A DNA stretch of 64,000 bases from an uncultured Acidobacteriota bacterium. Lineage in GTDB: Bacteria > Acidobacteriota > Thermoanaerobaculia > Gp7-AA8. A program made the position numbers and the translations under genes. Below the pieces are notes generated by a model. The model made no database searches, was not told the origin of the DNA, and saw nothing but the letters and a program-made list of their open reading frames with translations. Below, piece by piece: positions 39,575 through 49,916 of the stretch. Where the stretch lies: contig CAWGHO010000002.1 in NCBI GenBank assembly GCA_963822445.1, positions 2,048,001 through 2,112,000 on the forward strand. Direction: 5' to 3'. Numbering within the stretch: the first letter of the stretch is position 1; every line of letters starts with the position of its first letter.

Positions 39575-41269
39575 CGCGCTCGGCCCTCATCTCCCGCCCG
39601 CCCTGGTGCAGCGTCACCGCCGTCGCCTTTCCATCCGCGCCCATGTGAAAGACCAGGCGCGCGCGCACGCCGACGGCGGCGAACTCGATCGCCGACTCTT
39701 GCGTCAGTGCCACTTTCGGTTGTCCAGTGGCCTGGCTCACGAGCTTCCCGTCTTCGAGGAAGAACGAGAGGATGAAGTTTGGCATCAGCTGATAGCGCCC
39801 GACGAACGCGTCCAGCGGGTACTTCATCTCGATAGGCGCCGCGGGCTTCTCCAGCCGCTCGATGACCTTGCGGGCATTCTCGTTCTTCGGGTCGAGCTCC
39901 AGTGACTTGCGGTAATTCAGGAGCGCGAGCTCCTTGTTGACGGCCGCCGCATACGCTTCGCCCAAGCTGTCGTAAGGATTGGAAGCCTCGGGGAACATCT
40001 CCACGTTCAGCTTGAAGACCTCAATTGCATCCGCGGTGCGTCCCTGTTGAAGCAGGGAGTAGCCGAGACTGTTCAGTTCTGACTCGCGGAAGTCGTATTC
40101 GTCGGGCTTCTGTTTTCGCAGTTCGCGATAGCGCGCCACGATCTCCGCGCCGCTCTTTGCCACAACGCTTTGCAGCTCGTCGACGAGCGACTTCCGCGGC
40201 TGCCGCGGCTCGATCCCACGAAGGATGCTGAAAATGCTCGCGGCAAGCTCCTGGAGCTTGTCGCCGCGCGAGGTGTTGTCGAGCAGCACCACCAGCTCTT
40301 TTCGCTCCGGCACGCGCACGAGCAAAGTGCTGAAGCCATGAATGCCGCCGCTGTGCGAGATCGTATCGAGCTCGATCTTCTGATCATCGAGTTTCTTCTT
40401 CGACATCACCCAGCCGAAGCCGTAATTCTCGAGCGTCGCCGTGAACATCTGTTTCTTCAGATCGTCAGTGAGCAGCTTGTCGGTGTAGAGGGCGCGATCC
40501 CACAGATACAGATCTTCAACGGTCGAATAAAGCGATCCCGCCGAGTAGGGAATGGTCATGTCGAGATACGGCGCATTGATGTACGTGCCGCCGACAGCGC
40601 GTAACCGCTGGCCCGCTTCGGAATGATGGGCGTCGACAGATCGTAGCCGGACGCCTTCATGCCCAATGGAGCGAAGATCCGCTCCTGCACGGCCTCCGCG
40701 TACGTTTTGCCGGTGATCTTCTCGATGATCGCGCCCAGGAGGAAATAGGCGGAGTTGTTGTAAGCCCACTTCGTTCCCGGCTCGAATTCGAGGTCGCCGC
40801 TTGCGAATTTCTTTACGAACGCGGCGACGGTGTAAGGATCGCGCGCTTCGTTCGCGAAGAAGCCGGGCATGCCCGTGTAGCTGGGAATCCCACTCGTGTG
40901 ATTGAGCAGTTGGGCGATGGTGATGCGGTCGCCGGTGTCTTTCCGGTAATCGGAAAGATGCGTGGTGATGCGATCGTCGAGCTCGAGCTTCCCCTCGGCC
41001 ACCAGTTGCAGGATGACCATCGACGTGAATTGCTTGGTGATCGACGCAAGCCGGAAACGTGTATCCGGCGTGTTCGGGATCTGCCACTCGAAGTTCGCGT
41101 AGCCGTAGCCCTTCTTATGGACCACGCCCGACGCGTCGGCGACGAGCGCGGAGCCGTTGAACTGGCGCAGCTCGTTGTACTTGCGGAGCAGCTTGTCGAT
41201 GCTCTCCGCTTTGGTTGCGGCGAAGAGTGGGGTAGTGAAAGCGAGGCAGAGAAGGATCGCGAGGCGCAT
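39564..41269 (-). CDS. Serine hydrolase (beta-lactamase family) + TPR + DUF3471-like domain; frameshifted near 40596
   Basis: N-part SITK (SxxK), LLNHTSG, YNN; C-part SAGSLYST, HSGG, TPR LNSLGY..NPYDSLGE; the halves are in different frames. Confidence 0.8.
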
Positions 41270-41290
41270 GGCCGCGGAGCCTACCGCAAC

Positions 41291-42631
41291 TCACCGCCGT
41301 GCCAGCGGTTCGATCTCGTTTCGTGACAGCCGCTCGAATCGCAGATAGAGAATCACCGCCACGACGGTCAGCCCCGCGCAGAGGCCCCACCACAATCCGA
41401 CAATCCCCAGCTCCCGTTCGAACCCAAGATAAAGCGCGATCGGCAGCCCGATCGCCCAGTGGCCGAGGACGTTCGCGTAAAACGTGAATTTCGTGTCGCC
41501 TGCTCCGCGCAGCACGCCACCGCCGACTGCCTGAATTCCGTCCGAGAGTTGAAAGTACGCCGCGACGAGAAACAGGGGCAGGGCGGTGGTGATCACCGCC
41601 TCCTGGTTCGTGAACAGGCGCGCGAGCGGGCGCGGGATGGTCAGGAAGGCCAGTGCCGCCAGCGACATCACGCCGGCTCCGGCGACGAAGGCGACGTGCC
41701 CGGCGATGCGCGTTGCAGCCGCGTTGCGTGAACCGACGCCCAGGCCCACGCGGACGGATCCCGCGGCTGAGACGCCGAGCGCCGCGGTGTACGTGAATGA
41801 CGCGAGGCCGATCACGAGCTGGTGCGCGGCCAGATCGAGCGTCCCCAGTCGCGCCGCGAGCACGGCTACCAGCGCAAACACGCCGACCTCCGCGCCCATC
41901 TGCAATCCCACCGGCAGTCCGACCCGGAACGCATTGCGGATCTCCGCGCGATTGAACCGGTGATCGAACGGCTCGCCGATGTCGATCTTCCGCACGGCCA
42001 CGGCCACGATCCACAGCTCGACAATTGTGCAGATCACCGTCGCCATCGCCGCGCCGGCAACGCCGAACGCGGGGATCTTCCACCAGCCGAACACGAAAAT
42101 GATGTCGCCGATGAGGTTCAACACGTTCGCCACGACCATCGCCACGACCAGCGGCTTCGTCTTGCCGTACGCCTGCAGATACGCGCGCACGACGAAGAAC
42201 AGCAGGAACGGCGCGAGGCTGAGCGTGCGCACGAGGAGGTACGTGCGGCCGGGCTCGATCAGTTCCGGCTCGACGCCCATGGAAGGAATGGCGACCGCCG
42301 CCGCGACGAGAACGGCCGACAACGCGGCCGTCACGATCAATCCCAGCCAGACGCCCTGCCACATGATCTGCCGGGCCCGTACGCGGTCGCCGGCGCCGAT
42401 GGCCTGGGAGATCATCGGGTCGATTCCGAACATCATCCCCATGCCGATCACGGAGATGGAGAAGAAGACCGCATTGCCGAGACCGGACGCCGCGAGCTCG
42501 CGCGCGCCGAGGCGGCCCAGGACGGAGACGTCGACCAGGCCCATGAGCTGCGTGCCCGCCTGCGCCGCCGCCAGGGGCGCGGCCAGGCGGAACAGCTGCC
42601 CGATTTCCGTACGTACCGCCGAACCGCGCAT
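41291..42631 (-). CDS. MATE family efflux transporter
   Basis: About 12 TM helices; D...LGRLG, GAEVGVF, LAAHQ, DGIQAV.GGVLRGAGDT. Confidence 0.93.
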   Translation of the reverse strand: MRGSAVRTEIGQLFRLAAPLAAAQAGTQLMGLVDVSVLGRLGARELAASGLGNAVFFSISVIGMGMMFGIDPMISQAIGAGDRVRARQIMWQGVWLGLIVTAALSAVLVAAAVAIPSMGVEPELIEPGRTYLLVRTLSLAPFLLFFVVRAYLQAYGKTKPLVVAMVVANVLNLIGDIIFVFGWWKIPAFGVAGAAMATVICTIVELWIVAVAVRKIDIGEPFDHRFNRAEIRNAFRVGLPVGLQMGAEVGVFALVAVLAARLGTLDLAAHQLVIGLASFTYTAALGVSAAGSVRVGLGVGSRNAAATRIAGHVAFVAGAGVMSLAALAFLTIPRPLARLFTNQEAVITTALPLFLVAAYFQLSDGIQAVGGGVLRGAGDTKFTFYANVLGHWAIGLPIALYLGFERELGIVGLWWGLCAGLTVVAVILYLRFERLSRNEIEPLARR

Positions 42632-42701
42632 GAGGGGCGGGATTCTAGTAGGATTACCCGCTTTTTAACGACACTCTCCGAATCACAAGGACGTTCCCAC
42701 C

Positions 42702-43730
42702 ATGCGATATCTCGTCACCGGCGGCGCCGGTTTCATCGGATCGAATTTCATCCGCTACCTCTTCAACAAATACGGCGACGACGCCCAGGTCGTGAACCTG
42801 GACAAACTCACGTACGCCGGCATCCGCGAGAACCTCGCCGAATACGAAGGCAAGCCGAACTACCGCTTTCTGCAGGGCGATATCGCCAAACCGGAGGATG
42901 TGGCCGAGGGGTACAAGGGCGTCGATGGAAGTGGCGTGGATGTGGTGGTGAACTTCGCCGCCGAAACGCACGTCGATCGCTCGCTGATGGAAGCGGGGAC
43001 GTTCATCGAGACGGACGTTCACGGCGTGCTGGTCCTGCTCGAGGAAGCGAAGAAACTCGCCCCGAATCTGAAGCGCTTCGTGCAGATCTCGACCGATGAA
43101 GTCTACGGCTCGATCGATTCGGGGTCGTTTACCGAGAGCGATCCGCTCAATCCGCGAAATCCGTACTCCGCGTCGAAAGCCGGCGGGGATCGCATGGCTT
43201 ACGCGTACGCGCAGACGTACGGCATGCCGGTGATCGTCACCCGCGCCTCGAACAACTTCGGGCCGTTCCAGTATCCGGAAAAGCTCATCCCCCTGTTTGT
43301 CACGAACGCGATCGACGACCTGCCGCTGCCGCTCTACGGCGACGGCCGCAATGTCCGCGACTGGTTGTTCGTCGAAGACCACTGCGCGGCCATCGACTTC
43401 CTGATCGAGCACGGCACGAACTCGGAGACCTACAACATCGGCGGCGGCAACGAGCGCGAGAATCGCGAGATCACTTCGCGGATCCTCGAGCTGACCGGGA
43501 AACCGGACTCGCTCATCAAGCGCGTCGCCGATCGCCAGGGTCACGACCGCCGCTACTCCATCGACACCACCAAACTCGAATCCCTCGGATTCAAGCTGAC
43601 CACGAACTTCGACCAGGCCCTGGAAAAGACCGTCGAGTGGTACGTGAAGAATGAGCCGTGGTGGCGGGCGATCAAGGAGCGGAGCGCCGAGTACCGCGCG
43701 TATTACGAGAAGCAGTACGCGAACCGGTAG
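42702..43730 (+). CDS. rfbB: dTDP-glucose 4,6-dehydratase
   Basis: GGAGFIG, DKLTYAG, AAETHVDRS, STDEVYG, YSASK, PEKLIP, HDRRY. Confidence 0.95.
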   Translation: MRYLVTGGAGFIGSNFIRYLFNKYGDDAQVVNLDKLTYAGIRENLAEYEGKPNYRFLQGDIAKPEDVAEGYKGVDGSGVDVVVNFAAETHVDRSLMEAGTFIETDVHGVLVLLEEAKKLAPNLKRFVQISTDEVYGSIDSGSFTESDPLNPRNPYSASKAGGDRMAYAYAQTYGMPVIVTRASNNFGPFQYPEKLIPLFVTNAIDDLPLPLYGDGRNVRDWLFVEDHCAAIDFLIEHGTNSETYNIGGGNERENREITSRILELTGKPDSLIKRVADRQGHDRRYSIDTTKLESLGFKLTTNFDQALEKTVEWYVKNEPWWRAIKERSAEYRAYYEKQYANR

Positions 43731-43735
43731 GCGGT

Positions 43736-44107
43736 TTACTTATTCGTGCACAGCCGGATATCCGCGATCAACTGCGCCATGTCGAACGGTTTGGCGTGGA
43801 TGCGGTAGACCGGGGCGTTGAAGCGCTTGAGGATCTCGCTCTCCGGGACGGCTGAGGCGATGATCGTGCAGTTCAGCTTTTCCGGATGGTGCTGCTGCAT
43901 GTGCTTGAGCACGCCGTAGCCGTCGACGCGGGGCATCATCAGGTCGAGCAGGATCACCGAGTAGCCGTCCTCGTCGATCCGCTCGATGGCCTCTTCGCCG
44001 TCGCGGGCCGTGTGCACCTCGAGGTCCTGGCGCTCCACTACTTTGGCCAGCATGGTCCGGATCGGATCGTCGTCGTCGACGATCAGGGCTCGTTTGCGCT
44101 CGGTCAC
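43736..44107 (-). CDS. Stand-alone response regulator receiver protein
   Basis: LIVDDD, LLDLMMP, AKPF. Confidence 0.88.
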   Translation of the reverse strand: MTERKRALIVDDDDPIRTMLAKVVERQDLEVHTARDGEEAIERIDEDGYSVILLDLMMPRVDGYGVLKHMQQHHPEKLNCTIIASAVPESEILKRFNAPVYRIHAKPFDMAQLIADIRLCTNK

Positions 44108-44117
44108 GAGCTGAACG

Positions 44118-44405
44118 TTATGTCAGAGCGGCAACCAGCGCAAACGGAATCGCGAGGACGACCGCGGCGATGGCCAGGGGGATGATCACCGCGATGATCG
44201 CGGCGAAAATCGCCGCCCCGACGGCGAAGAGCACGCCGACCTTCACCAGGACGATCACCGCCAGCACCGGCAACAGCAGGAACTTGAGCGGGATGAGCAC
44301 CAGGTCGACGGCGAACTTCACCGCCGAGAAGGCGAGCACCACTCCGGCGACGGCCACCACGACGCCGACGGCAACCACGGCGAGAAGTGCGAGCAGCTCG
44401 AACAT
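44118..44405 (-). CDS. Small, very hydrophobic membrane protein
   Basis: GGAGG RBS before MFELLALL; almost entirely hydrophobic, 95 aa. Confidence 0.65.
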   Translation of the reverse strand: MFELLALLAVVAVGVVVAVAGVVLAFSAVKFAVDLVLIPLKFLLLPVLAVIVLVKVGVLFAVGAAIFAAIIAVIIPLAIAAVVLAIPFALVAALT

Positions 44406-44451
44406 GAGCAACCTCCGTTTGCGGTGATACGGAGGCACGCCGCCGGGGTTT

Positions 44452-45456
44452 CTACGCCGGCATGGCTCCAACGTAAACGCTCTGCGGCCGGATGATCCGG
44501 CCCACGGCACGCTGCTCCGCGCAGTGCGCCAGCCAGCCCACCACCCGCCCGATGGCGAAGGTCGGGGTGAACAGCTGCACTTCCAGGCCGAGGCCGTGGA
44601 GGAGGAGGGCGGTGTAGAACTCGACGTTCGTCTGCAGCCTGCGGCCGGGTTTGTACTCCTCCAGCAGGCGGAGGGCCGTCGCTTCGACGGCGCGGGCCAG
44701 CTCGTACAGTTTCATGTCGCCGGCGCGGGTGAACAGCCGGTGCGCCGCGGCCGCGAACACGTCCGCGCGCGGATCGCGGACCTTGTACACGCGATGCCCG
44801 AAGCCCATCAGCCGCTCGCCGGACTCGATCTTCCGCCGCAGAGAGGCCTCCGCGCGCGAGGCCTCGCCGATCTCGAAGACCATGTCCAGAGCCGGTCCCG
44901 GCGCGCCGCCGTGCAGCGGCCCTTTCAGCGCGCCGATGGCGCCGGTGATCGCCGAAACGAGGTCGGAGCCGGTCGAGGCGATGACCCGCGCGGTGAACGT
45001 GGATGCGTTCAGCCCGTGATCGACGACCGTGTTCAGATACGTCTCCAGCCCGCGCAGCAGCTCCTCGTGCGGCTCGACGCCGTTGAGCATGTACAGATAG
45101 TTCGCCGCAAACCCGAGATCCTCACGCGGCGCGATCGGCTCCTGCCCGTTCCTTAACCGCCAGTACGCCGCGACGATCGTCGGAAACATCCCGGCGATGT
45201 TTTTCTCGTCAGTCAAGGCCGCGACACCCATCCTCAACGCATCCATCCCATCGGAAGCGCTGCCGAGCAGCGCTCTGGACTGCGGCGGCAAAGCCGCCGC
45301 TCTCACTTCGACGCCCAGCAGGGCCGCGACCCTCTCAAACGACCACGAGGAAAGCTCCTCCACCCGATACCCGCCAATCACCAGCACCCCGCGCTCCCCA
45401 TCCACCATGCTCAACTTCGTCTCCGCCGCGACCACGCCTTCCAGTCCGCTGTTCAT
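44452..45456 (-). CDS. Citrate/methylcitrate synthase family protein
   Basis: GLEGVV, DHGLNASTF, GPLHGGA, MGFGHRVY..DPR, TNVEFY. Confidence 0.92.
   Translation of the reverse strand: MNSGLEGVVAAETKLSMVDGERGVLVIGGYRVEELSSWSFERVAALLGVEVRAAALPPQSRALLGSASDGMDALRMGVAALTDEKNIAGMFPTIVAAYWRLRNGQEPIAPREDLGFAANYLYMLNGVEPHEELLRGLETYLNTVVDHGLNASTFTARVIASTGSDLVSAITGAIGALKGPLHGGAPGPALDMVFEIGEASRAEASLRRKIESGERLMGFGHRVYKVRDPRADVFAAAAHRLFTRAGDMKLYELARAVEATALRLLEEYKPGRRLQTNVEFYTALLLHGLGLEVQLFTPTFAIGRVVGWLAHCAEQRAVGRIIRPQSVYVGAMPA
45277..45301. repeat. REP (GGAGTGCGG family) in-frame inside citrate synthase
   Basis: GGACTGCGGCGGCAAAGCCGCCGCT matches 4755-4779 at 23/25. Confidence 0.75.
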
Positions 45457-45475
45457 ACAGGGAAACATGAACTCG

Positions 45476-45513
45476 ATTGACAAAGACGTCAATGTTGATC
45501 GTAGAATCAACAT
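45476..45513. promoter_or_regulatory. Two tandem palindromic operators overlapping divergent promoters
   Basis: ATTGAC-N6-GTCAAT and ATGTTGAT-N6-ATCAACAT; TTGACA-N19-TAGAAT on + strand. Confidence 0.65.
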
Positions 45514-46714
45514 GATGGCTCGCACGGAATGGATCTCCGCCGCCGAGGCAACGCGTCTCCTGAAGGTGAGCCGGGCCACGCTGTACGCGTACGTCAGCCG
45601 GCGCCTGGTGCGTTCGGAGGCGGTGCCGGGGCGCTCGCGGGAGCGGCGGTATGCGCGGGAAGACGTGGAGCGCCTGCGCAGCCGCGCCGAGGAGCGTCGC
45701 AATCCCGGGAAAGCGGCGGAGCATGCCTTGCGGTGGGGCGTGCCGGTGCTGGAGTCGGCGATCACCCTCATCGCCGGCGGAAAGCTGTTCTACCGCGGCC
45801 ATGACGCGGCGGAGCTCGCGCGCACGCGGTCGCTGGAAGAAGTCGCGGCCCTGCTCTGGGCGGGTGATTTTGCCGCGGATGTCTTCGATACGCCGCTCCA
45901 TGTGATCGCCGGCCGCGCCAGCACCGCCGACCTGCCGTTCGTGAATCGTGCACAGTCGGTTTTGCCGCTCGTCGCGGCGCGTGATGCCGTCGCGTTCGAC
46001 CTCCGCCCTCGCGCCGTCGCCCAGACCGGCTGGCGGATCATGAACCTGCTGACCAGCGTCGCCGCGTCGACGCAGGAGCTCGAGCCGACCATCGAGGAGA
46101 CGCTGGCCAGCCGCTGGGGAAGCAAAGACGCGAACGCGCCCACGTTGCTGCGCGCGGCGCTGATCCTCTGCGCCGATCACGAGCTCAACGTCTCCGCCTT
46201 CACCGCCCGCTGCGTAGCCTCGGCCGCCGCGAATCCGTACGCCGTCGTCATCGCCGGGCTGGCCGCGCTTGAAGGAACGAAGCATGGCGGCGCGACGCGA
46301 AGAATCGAGGCTTTGTACGACGAGGTCCGCCGCTCGCGCGACCTTCGCAAGGCGCTGGCCGAGCGACTCCGTCGCGGCGAGAGCATCGAAGGCTTCGGCC
46401 ATCCCCTCTATCCCGACGGCGATCCGCGCGCGACGCTGTTGCTGTCACTGCTCGCCGAGCATTACCCGAAGTCGAAGGAGATCGCCTTTGCCCGCGCGTT
46501 TCTCGAAGCCGCGGACTCGCTTCTCGGCGAGCAGCCGAACGTCGATTTCGCGCTGGTGGTCGTCGCGCGCGTGCTGGCGCTGCCGCCCGATGCGGCGCTG
46601 GCCATCTTCGCCATCGGCCGGACCATCGGCTGGATCGCGCACGCCATCGAGCAGTACGCGCAGAACGCGATGATCAGGCCGAGGGCAAAGTACGTGGGGC
46701 CGGCGCCGCGCTAG
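45512..46714 (+). CDS. HTH (MerR/excisionase-like) fused to citrate synthase family domain
   Basis: ISAAEATRLLKVSRATLYAYVSR HTH; DHELNVS, KHGGA, GFGHPLY..GDPR, PNVDF. Confidence 0.9.
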   Translation: MMARTEWISAAEATRLLKVSRATLYAYVSRRLVRSEAVPGRSRERRYAREDVERLRSRAEERRNPGKAAEHALRWGVPVLESAITLIAGGKLFYRGHDAAELARTRSLEEVAALLWAGDFAADVFDTPLHVIAGRASTADLPFVNRAQSVLPLVAARDAVAFDLRPRAVAQTGWRIMNLLTSVAASTQELEPTIEETLASRWGSKDANAPTLLRAALILCADHELNVSAFTARCVASAAANPYAVVIAGLAALEGTKHGGATRRIEALYDEVRRSRDLRKALAERLRRGESIEGFGHPLYPDGDPRATLLLSLLAEHYPKSKEIAFARAFLEAADSLLGEQPNVDFALVVVARVLALPPDAALAIFAIGRTIGWIAHAIEQYAQNAMIRPRAKYVGPAPR

Positions 46715-48078
46715 AGCTTCGCCACGTTCTCGAAATACCGGACGAACGCCGCGATCCCGCCGCTGGCCTGCTGCCAGTCGTAGTTCTCGTTCGGCGCGTG
46801 GTAGCCGTGCTCGGGCAAAGAGAGGCCGAGGAACATCACCGGCGATTCGAGGACCTGCTCCATCGAGATCACCGCGCCGATCGATCCGCCTTCGCGCACG
46901 AAGACCGGCTCGCGTCCGAACGCGAACTTCATCGCGTCCTTCACCGCATCCGCGAGAGGCCCTTCCGTCGGAGCTTTGTAGGGATACATCGAGTTCTCGA
47001 CCTCGACCTTCACGTCCGCGGAGCGCTCTTTGATGAACGCCTTGATGATCTTCTGCAGTTTCTTCGGATCCTGATTCGGCACGAGCCGGAAGGAGACTTT
47101 CACCTCCGCGCGCGGAGGGATGACGGTCTTGATGCCCGGACCGGTGTAGCCGCCGACCATGCCGTGGATCTCCATCGTGGGCATGGCCCAGATGCGCTTC
47201 ATCACGTCCATCGGGTTGTCGCTGCGAATCGATTTGAAGAGGTGGTCTTTCTTGAACTGCTTGATGGAGAAGCCGGACTCGCGGAAGTCCTTCAGCTCGG
47301 CTTTCGTGGGCGGCTCGACATCGTCATAGAAGCCTTTGATCTTCACCCTGCCGGTGCGGGCGTCGTGCATCGCGGAGACGAGTTGCATCAGCTCGCCGAG
47401 CGGGTTGCGCGCCGCGCCGCCGGTGACGCCGGAGTGCTGGTCGGTCGCGCCCGTTTCCAGCGACAGCGTGAATCCCTGCAATCCGCGCAGACCCGCCGGG
47501 CAGGCCGGCCGCGAGCGCGAGACCCAGATCGTGTCCGACACCAGGATGTGATCGGTGGCCAGAGCATTCACATGTTTCTTGATCCCGCTCTCGAAGTTCG
47601 GCGAGCCGATCTCCTCTTCGAGCTCCCAGAGCACGTTGAGATTCAGCGGCACTCCCGCTTCACGCGCGGCACGAATGCCCCAGAGCGCGCTAAGCGCCGG
47701 GCCTTTGTCGTCCGTCGTGCCGCGTCCGAAATAGCGATCGCCTTCTTTGGTGAAGGTGAAAGGCTCGGTGTTCCAGGGCTCGGTCTCCTTCGACGCCGGC
47801 TGCACGTCGAGGTGGTTGTAGACGGTGAGCGTCGGCAGTTTTTTGCCGGCCTTGAAGCGCCCATGCACGATGGGATAGCCGTCGGTCTGGAGGATCTTCG
47901 GCTCGCCGCCGAAATCGCGGATCTGTTGCGCGGCCGCGTCGGCGCAGCGGCGGATGTCGGCTTTGCGTTCCGGTTCGGCTGAGACCGACGGAATCTCGAC
48001 GAGTTGTTTGAGGGTGGCTTCGAATTGATCGCGCTCGGACCTGGCCCAGGCCAACAGCGACTTCTTATCGGTTTTCAT
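46711..48078 (-). CDS. M20/M25/M40 family metallo-hydrolase (dipeptidase-like)
   Basis: HLDVQP, GRGTTDDKG, EEEIGS, HSG, GGSI, HAPNE. Confidence 0.92.
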   Translation of the reverse strand: MKTDKKSLLAWARSERDQFEATLKQLVEIPSVSAEPERKADIRRCADAAAQQIRDFGGEPKILQTDGYPIVHGRFKAGKKLPTLTVYNHLDVQPASKETEPWNTEPFTFTKEGDRYFGRGTTDDKGPALSALWGIRAAREAGVPLNLNVLWELEEEIGSPNFESGIKKHVNALATDHILVSDTIWVSRSRPACPAGLRGLQGFTLSLETGATDQHSGVTGGAARNPLGELMQLVSAMHDARTGRVKIKGFYDDVEPPTKAELKDFRESGFSIKQFKKDHLFKSIRSDNPMDVMKRIWAMPTMEIHGMVGGYTGPGIKTVIPPRAEVKVSFRLVPNQDPKKLQKIIKAFIKERSADVKVEVENSMYPYKAPTEGPLADAVKDAMKFAFGREPVFVREGGSIGAVISMEQVLESPVMFLGLSLPEHGYHAPNENYDWQQASGGIAAFVRYFENVAKL

Positions 48079-48091
48079 CGCGGCGGATCAT

Positions 48092-48154
48092 AGGCGCAAA
48101 GGCTCAGAGGCTCAAAGGCTCAAAGCTTCTTTGTGCCTTTGAGCCCTTGCGCCT
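48092..48154. repeat. Inverted octamer tandem repeats (AGGCTCAA)x4 ... (TTGAGCCT-like)x3
   Basis: Read directly; begins 3 nt after the ggt stop on the minus strand. Confidence 0.8.
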
Positions 48155-48157
48155 TGC

Positions 48158-49848
48158 CTACCACCCGGCTGCCGCCCCATCCCGTCGCGAGTCCGCGCCG
48201 CCCAGCCGCATCCCCGTCTTCAGGTCGATCATCACCGCCGTCGCTTCGCCAATCCCGAGCGATTCCGGTTTCTCGCGGAACTTGTGGCCCATCGCTTCGA
48301 GTTTGGCGCGCGTGTCGGGATTGATGCCGAACGGCTCCCAGTAGATCTCGTCCGGCATCCACTGATGATGAACGCGCGCCGCTTCGATGGCCTGATCGGG
48401 GTTCATCCCGAAGTCGACCACGTTCAACACGAACTGCAGAACCGTGTTGATGATGCGCGGGCCGCCCGGGCTGCCGACGGCGAACCAGGGCTTGCCGTCC
48501 TTCACCGCGATGATCGGCGACATCGAGGACAGCGGCCGTTTGTACGGGGCAATCGCGTTCTGCGTTCCCTGAATGAGCTGGAACTCGTTCGGCACTCCAG
48601 GCTTCACCGTGAAGTCGTCCATGTCGTCGTTCATCAGGAAGCCGGCACCGGTGACGGTCACGCCGTTCCCGAACCAGTTGTTGATCGTGTACGTGTTCGA
48701 CACGATCGTTCCCTCGCTGTCGATCACGCCGAAATGCGCGGTCTCGGACGGCTCGCTCAGCGGTTCACCTGCGCGAATCTCTTTCGACGACGAGGCCTTG
48801 TTCGGATCGATGGTCGTCCGTCGCTTCGCCGCGTACTCCTTCGAGATCAGCCCGGCCACCGGCACGTTCGCGAAATCGGGATCGGCCACGAACTCCGCGC
48901 GATCAGCAAACGCCCGCCGCATGGCTTCGACGAGCGTGTGAATGTACGCCGCCGAATGCCAGCCCATGGCCTCGAGGTCGTAGGCCTCGAGGATGTTGAG
49001 CATTTCCAGCAAGGTGGTTCCGCCGGACGACGGCGGCGGCAGCGTCAGCAGCTCCACACCGCGATACGTTCCGCGGACCGGTTTGCGCACGATGGGCTGG
49101 TATTTTTTCAGATCCTCCATCGTCAGCAGGCCGCCGCCTTTCACCGCTTCGGCCACGATCTTCCGCGCCGTCGCTCCTTCGTAGAACTCGCGCGGGTCGG
49201 CTTTGATCCTCGCCAGCGTCGCTGCGAGCTCCGGTTGCACGAACTTCTCACCCGGCTCGTAGTACTTGCCGTCGCGCAGAAAGATGCGGCGCGTTTCAGG
49301 CGTGAGCTCGAGGCGTTTCAGCGAGGACTCGAATGTCATCGAGCGCGCGAGAAAGTCGCTGACCAGGAACCCTTCCGCGGCGAGCTTCCGCGCCGGCTCG
49401 ACGACCTCTTCCCATTTCAGTTTCCCGTGGCGCTGATGGGCCAGGCGGAAGCCGGCGATGGTTCCCGGAACGGCCGACGCTTTGTGACCGTAGGTCGAAA
49501 GGCCAGGAATCACGTTTCCCTGTTCGTCGAGGAACATGTCCCGCCGCGCGGCCCTGGGCGCGGTGCCGCGGTAATCGATCACTTCCGTGGTCCCGTCGGC
49601 TTTCCGGATGAGCATGAAACCGCCGCCGCCGATGTTTCCCGCCGCCGGCCAGGTCACGGCCAGAGCCAGCCCCGTCGCGATCGCCGCATCGACCGCGTTG
49701 CCCCCTTTTTCATCACTTCGATGCCCGCCCGGGAGGCCGCATCGCTGGTCGAGGAGACCATGGCCCGCTTGCCTCGAACGGGGTCGCGGGAGTCGGCCAG
49801 AAGGGGGACGGTGACGGCGAGGAGCAGGAAGGCACCGAGGCGTTTCAT
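48158..49848 (-). CDS. ggt: Gamma-glutamyltransferase; frameshifted near 49705
   Basis: Signal peptide MKRLGAFLL in one frame; GGNAVDAA, GNIGGGGF, ETAH (nucleophile Thr), RPLSSMSP, GSPGG in another. Confidence 0.88.
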
Positions 49849-49916
49849 CGCGGCGAAGTGTACCCGTTGCGTGCAGAGGCGGATCGTCGTAGATTGATGC
49901 CCGGTCCACACCGCTC

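Noticed and set aside
39564-41269. Antibiotic-resistance beta-lactamase
   Set aside because: The serine hydrolase-TPR-DUF3471 architecture is a widespread peptidase/esterase-like family, and nothing here indicates resistance.
42702-43730. Polysaccharide biosynthesis island around rfbB
   Set aside because: No other rml/rfb, flippase or glycosyltransferase genes are adjacent, and there is no obvious compositional shift.
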